Source: Mobula hypostoma (taxonomy: Eukaryota). From it: a stretch of 64,000 nucleotides of DNA. The stretch's first letter is position 1. Each line of letters starts with the position of its first letter. The notes under the pieces are model-generated. The model did no database searches. It was not told the origin of the DNA and worked only from the letters and a program-made list of their open reading frames with translations. Position numbers and translations under genes: made by a program. Positions 59,264-64,000 of the stretch are shown in pieces. The DNA is taken from contig NC_086097.1 in assembly GCF_963921235.1 (NCBI RefSeq), positions 31,932,001 through 31,996,000 of the forward strand, written 5' to 3'.

Positions 59264-60769
59264 GAAAGGAAGCCTGAATCCGAAGGTGGGGAGAGGAGAA
59301 GGATTACAAGCTGGTAGGTGATTGGTGAAGTGAAGAGCAGAAAGGAAGCAGTGAGAGAGGGCCTCACTGAACTCCTGCCAAAGGTTTTCAGGGCAGGCAT
59401 CTCTCAAAGAAACTTCGCAGTGGAGCAGCAAATCATGAACACAAGGGATTCTGCAGATGCTAGAAATTTATTCCTCTCTATCGACAGTCTCAGCCTGAAA
59501 TGCCGACTGTTTATACCCCTCTTTGCACGATGCCTGACCTGCTGAGTTCCTCCAGCATTTTGTGTGTACTGCTCAGGATTTCCAGTAACTTACAGAATCT
59601 CTCGTGTTTGTCGTTTTCAGCTAAGCTGATGGAGTTTGAGTGCATCATGCACAGCCTCACGCTCACTGTGTGGGAGAAGAGCTTGTAGTCACCCTTCATC
59701 TTCCCCTTGGCAAGACAAATCCCTCTCCAACCTCCCTCTGCATCCACTCCCCCTCCTTAGCACAATGATCAGCCCTAATGGGCACTTTATATACTGCCAT
59801 TTCATTGCCTGGACGTTCATTCTCCCATTCAATCTTACATCCCTTTGTCGCTATAATTTGCATTATTCAGTACTGAAGAGTTTTTTTTCATGATAAAATT
59901 AAACGCGTCTCATATGCCTGAGCCAGTTTGCTGATCTTTTTATTAGGTAATTTTTCTTTCAAACTGTTGAAAAAGGGTGATGTATTCTTCATTTACAATC
60001 CTCCGCTAATACCCAATTTCACACACTCAACTTCTGAAGAACAACTTCTTCCCTTCCGTATTCGGATTTCTGAGCAATCCATTTACACTCCTATTCTTTT
60101 ATTTTTGCTCTCTTTTTGTACTACTTTATATTTTTATAATATTTTACTCTGTATAATATTTTATATTTCTTATAATATATATTACTTATTTTGAATTGTA
60201 ATTTAGAGTATTTTATGTACTCCACCGTACTGAAGCCATCTCTTCAGAGTGAAGGAGGATGAGAGGTGATTTGATTGAGGTGTACAAGATGAAATGGAAC
60301 ATAGATGGAGTGGGCAACCAGAAACGTTTTCCTAAGGTGGAAATGGCTAATACGAGGGGACTCGTTTTAAGGTAATTGGAGGAAGGTATAGGAGGATGTC
60401 AGTGGTAAGTTCTTTACGCAAAGAGTGGCGGGTGTATGAAACGGCCTGCCAGGGGTGCTGTTAGAGACAGGTGCCTTAGGGACAATTAAGGGACTCTTAG
60501 ATAGGCACATGGATGGTAGAAAAATGGAGGGCTATGTGCGAGGGAAGGGCTAGACTGATCTTGGGAAGTATGTTAAAAGGAGAGCACAACATCCTGGGCC
60601 AAAGGGCCTGTACTGTGCTGGAACATTCTACATTTTAAAACAATAAACTTCACAACATAAGTTCGTGATAATAAACCTGATTCTGATTCTATACCTTGGA
60701 ATGAGCTGACCTCCAGACCAAGGGAGAAAGGAACAGCCCAACCAGTAATCCTCAGCAGTCTGCTGGGGT

Positions 60770-61428
60770 TCATTCAGGGCCCCAATCAATTCTTCCAGGT
60801 GAGGCAACGCTTTTGGGGTTGTCTAATGTATTTGGTGATCCGATGCGACCTCCCCTACTTTGGGGAGACCCAACATAGATTGGGGGAATGCTTTGTCGAG
60901 CACCTTTGCTCCACCCACAAAAGCCAGGATTTCCTGGTGGCCAACCATTTGAATTCCAGCCCCCATTCCCATTCCAACATGTCAGACCATGGCTTCCTGT
61001 ATTACTGCAATGAGGCCACTCTCAGGTTGGAGGAGCAACACCTCATATTCTTTCTTGGTAGCCACCAAACTGATGGCAAGAATATCAATTTCTCTAACTT
61101 CCAGTAATCTTTCTCCCTCCCCTTCCCTCTTCCTCCATCCCCACTCTAGCTCCTTCTTACCTTTCCTCCTCTCCTACCTATGACCTCCCCTTGGTGCCCC
61201 TGCTCCTTCCCTTTCACCCATGTTCCACTTTCCTCTTCTATCAGATTCCTCCTTCTCCAGCCCTTTACCTTTTCCACCTATCCTCACCCAGCTTCTTACT
61301 TCATCCCCCACCTCCCCCGAGCACCTGGCTTCACCTATCACCTTCTATCTTGTACTACTTCTCCTCCCCACCTCCCCCTCCCCCCCCCCCCACTTTCTTA
61401 TTCTGGCTTCTTCCCACTTCATTTCTGA
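60770..61428 (+). mobile_element. Penelope-like element 3' part: GIY-YIG endonuclease remnant plus pyrimidine-rich tail
   Basis: YLVIRCDLPYFGETQHRLGECFVEHL...VANHLNS...RLEEQHLIFFLGSHQTDGKNI (YIGET...R..EH; LG...P.GLN pattern). Confidence 0.85.
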
Positions 61429-64000
61429 ATTGGTATTACTGGGCAGGGATACTATTACAGCTACAGAAAGGGGGGGTAATGTAGCAGGATCCTCTTTTGA
61501 GTCAGTATGGGTGGAAGCCAGGAACAGGAAGGGAGCAGTTACTCTATTGGGAGTATTCCATAGGCCCCCTGGTAGCAGCAGAGATACAGAGGAGCAGATT
61601 GGGAGGCAGATTTTGGAAAGGTGCAAAAATAACAGGGTTGTTATCATGGGTGACTTTAACTTCCCTAATATCGATTGGCACCTGATTAGTTCCAAGGGTT
61701 TAGATGGGGCAGAGTTTGTTAAGTGTGTTCCAGGACGGATTCCTGTCACAGTATGCAGGTTTCCCCCGCCATCCGAAGGTAGAGCGTTCCTATGAAATGG
61801 TTCGTAAGCCGAAATGTCGTAAAGCGAAGAAGCAATTACCATTTATTTATACGGGAAAATTTTGTGAGCGTTCACAGACCCAAAAATAACCTACCAAATC
61901 ATGCCAAATAACACAGAAAACCTAAAATAACAGTAACATATAGTAAAAACAGGAATGATATGATAAATACACAGCCTATATAAAGTAGAAATACTCCTCT
62001 ACAATGATTGCCTGCACAGATCTCCGTAGCGAAAATCTCACGCAAGCGCTCTTGGCAGAAAATCTCACGCAAGCGCTGTTGGCATAAACGCGCTCTCCAG
62101 TAACCTTTAAACTATGAAGCTGCCAAAACTACCAAATAACATGTAAAAATACACAGCCTATTTAAAGTAGAAATAATGTATGTACAGTGTAGTATCACTT
62201 ACCGGAATTGGGAAAACAGCGCCGAGCACACTGGTGATGGTGTGTTAGACTGATTCATCGCAGGCTGGGTGGTGCAGTGGCCCCCACCCTCTGGGCCGCC
62301 GACCCGATACATTGCCATGAAAAACGCAACGGTAGCCAGGAGGCACACAGCACATCTTTAAGAAAAAAGCCGAAATAAACATGCTAATTAATTAGGTGCT
62401 GCCCGGTAGATAATTGTTGGCCCAGATCAGAGGCGATTGCATCGCCTCTATTCTGGGCAACAATTACATGCTAGGCGGCACCTAATTAATTAGCATGTTT
62501 ATTTCGGCTTTTTTCTTAAAGATGTGCTGTGTGCCTCCTGGCTACCGCTGCGTTCTTCGCGAATCGATACAGTATCTGTCCGGGGCCCGGGTGTTGGGGT
62601 GGTGGGACATGGGGGTGTCATCTCATCGTCGATCAGGGCAGGCAGCTCATCTTCTCCTATGACTGCCTGCCCTGATGTCGAAGGTCGAGGTTTGTCGTCT
62701 GCTGTGGCTGATGTGGAAGGCTTGCTTGACTGCTGAGCCTCGCGCATTTTTCTATCATACAGTTGTTTGTAAGCACTCAAACCATCCTGCAAATATCCCC
62801 TAAACCTACGTACTCTTTCAAAATTAAAGTTGTACTTTACCATTGCAGCGAAAATCTCATACAGTTGCTTCACGTTCATTTCGCTACCGCATTCGGTTTT
62901 GATTGTTATCCTTTCCTCTTCCAATTGCATCAGCTCTTCATCTATCAGTTCTTGGTCATGGGATGCCAAAACCTCTTCAACATCATCTTCGTCAGCTTCC
63001 ACAAGCCAAACTCACTTTGTCCTTGCTTCGTTTACCACGATCGAAATGCTTAATTATGTCTAGTTTTATGCTAAGTGTAACACCTTTACTCTTTCAGGCT
63101 TTTCCGACACCTTAGAACTCATCTTGCTAACGGCTGCTCAATGCAACGTGTTAAAGCAATGCCGTTCCGAATCTGGGGGAGAGCGGCTGCTCGGGGCGCA
63201 CGCTGCCTTTTATCGTGCGCTGATTTTTTCACGTGCTGATTTTTTTATCGCACGCTGCCTTTCTTCGTAACAATGAAAACACCTTCTGAAAGCGAAAACA
63301 GGGTATAACGTAGGTCTTTCGTAACAGTGAGGTTTCGTAAAGCGAACGTTTGAAAAGCGGGGAACACCTGTGTTAACAGGCCGACTGGGGGAATGCCATA
63401 CTAGATCTAGTACTAGGTAATGAACCGGGTCAGGTCACAGATCTCTCAGTGGGTGAGCACTGCTCCCTGGCCTTTAGCATTAGAATCAGAGAGGACAGGA
63501 AAATTTTTAATTGGGGAAGGGCAAATTATGAGGCTATAAGGCTAGAACTTGTGGGTGTGAATTGGGATGATGTTTTTGCAGGGAAATGTACTATGGACAT
63601 GTGGTCGATGTTTAGAGATCTCTTGCAGGATGTTAGGGATAAATTTGTCCCGGTAAGGAAGATAAAGAATGGTGGGGTGAAGGAACCATGGGTGACAAGT
63701 GAGGTGGAAAATCTAGACAGGTGGAAGAAGGCAGCATACATGAGGTTTAGGAAGCAAGGATCAGATGGGTCTATTGAGGAATATAGGGAGGCAAGAAAGG
63801 AGTTTAAAAAGGGACGGTGGCGGTAGCAGGTCCAATGTCGTTTGTCATATATATTAATGATCTGGATGATGGGGTGGTAAATTGGATTAGTAAGTATGCA
63901 GATGATAATAAGATAGGTGGCGTTGTGGGTGATGAGGTAGGTTTTCAAAGCTTGCAGGGAGATTTAGAAAAGTTAGAAGAGGGGGCTGAAAGATGGCAGG
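61429..64000 (+). mobile_element. CR1 LINE ORF2 remnant (APE endonuclease), interrupted by a DNA transposon and internally deleted to the RT YADD region
   Basis: ESVWVEARN...LLGVFHRPP...VIMGDFNFPNIDW; resumes at 63371 (RPT...ILDLVLGNEPGQ); jumps at ~63815 to YINDLDDGVVNWISKYADD. Confidence 0.85.
61756..63370 (-). mobile_element. Non-autonomous Tigger/pogo (Tc1-mariner) DNA transposon
   Basis: Terminal inverted repeats CAGGTTTCCCCCGC / GCGGGGAACACCTG; minus strand encodes a CENP-B-type N-terminal remnant (KGVTLSIKLDIIKHFDRGKRSKD) and an acidic Tigger-like C-terminus (EDDVEEVLASHDQELIDEELMQLEE); no DDE core. Confidence 0.85.

Overview
Eukaryotic (vertebrate) genomic DNA; the CR1 / Rex1-like / V-SINE / Penelope repeat landscape suggests a cartilaginous fish (inference). 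The only host gene is an estrogen receptor of the ER-beta (ESR2) type on the + strand. Four consecutive internal coding exons are present: 6317-6433, 29243-29542, 30758-30896 and 57583-57716 (117/300/139/134 bp, all GT-AG). They splice in frame to about 230 aa running from zinc finger 2 through the hinge into the ligand-binding domain. The introns are almost entirely transposon debris plus unusually large tandem arrays: a 44-bp array, a 101-bp array, a 4.2-kb telomere-like array, 52/31-bp arrays and a ~20-kb TGTACA-(CAY)n array. The main observation is that three large arrays each grew from a short internal motif of a transposon whose two halves still flank the array (a SINE, a Penelope tail, a LINE RT domain). 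Also present: a decayed Gypsy LTR element with nested inserts, a near-intact CR1 ORF2, a Tigger/pogo deletion derivative with a ~230-bp hairpin, and Penelope-type hammerhead ribozyme motifs. The long His/Pro/Thr-rich ORFs in the ORF track are satellite artefacts.
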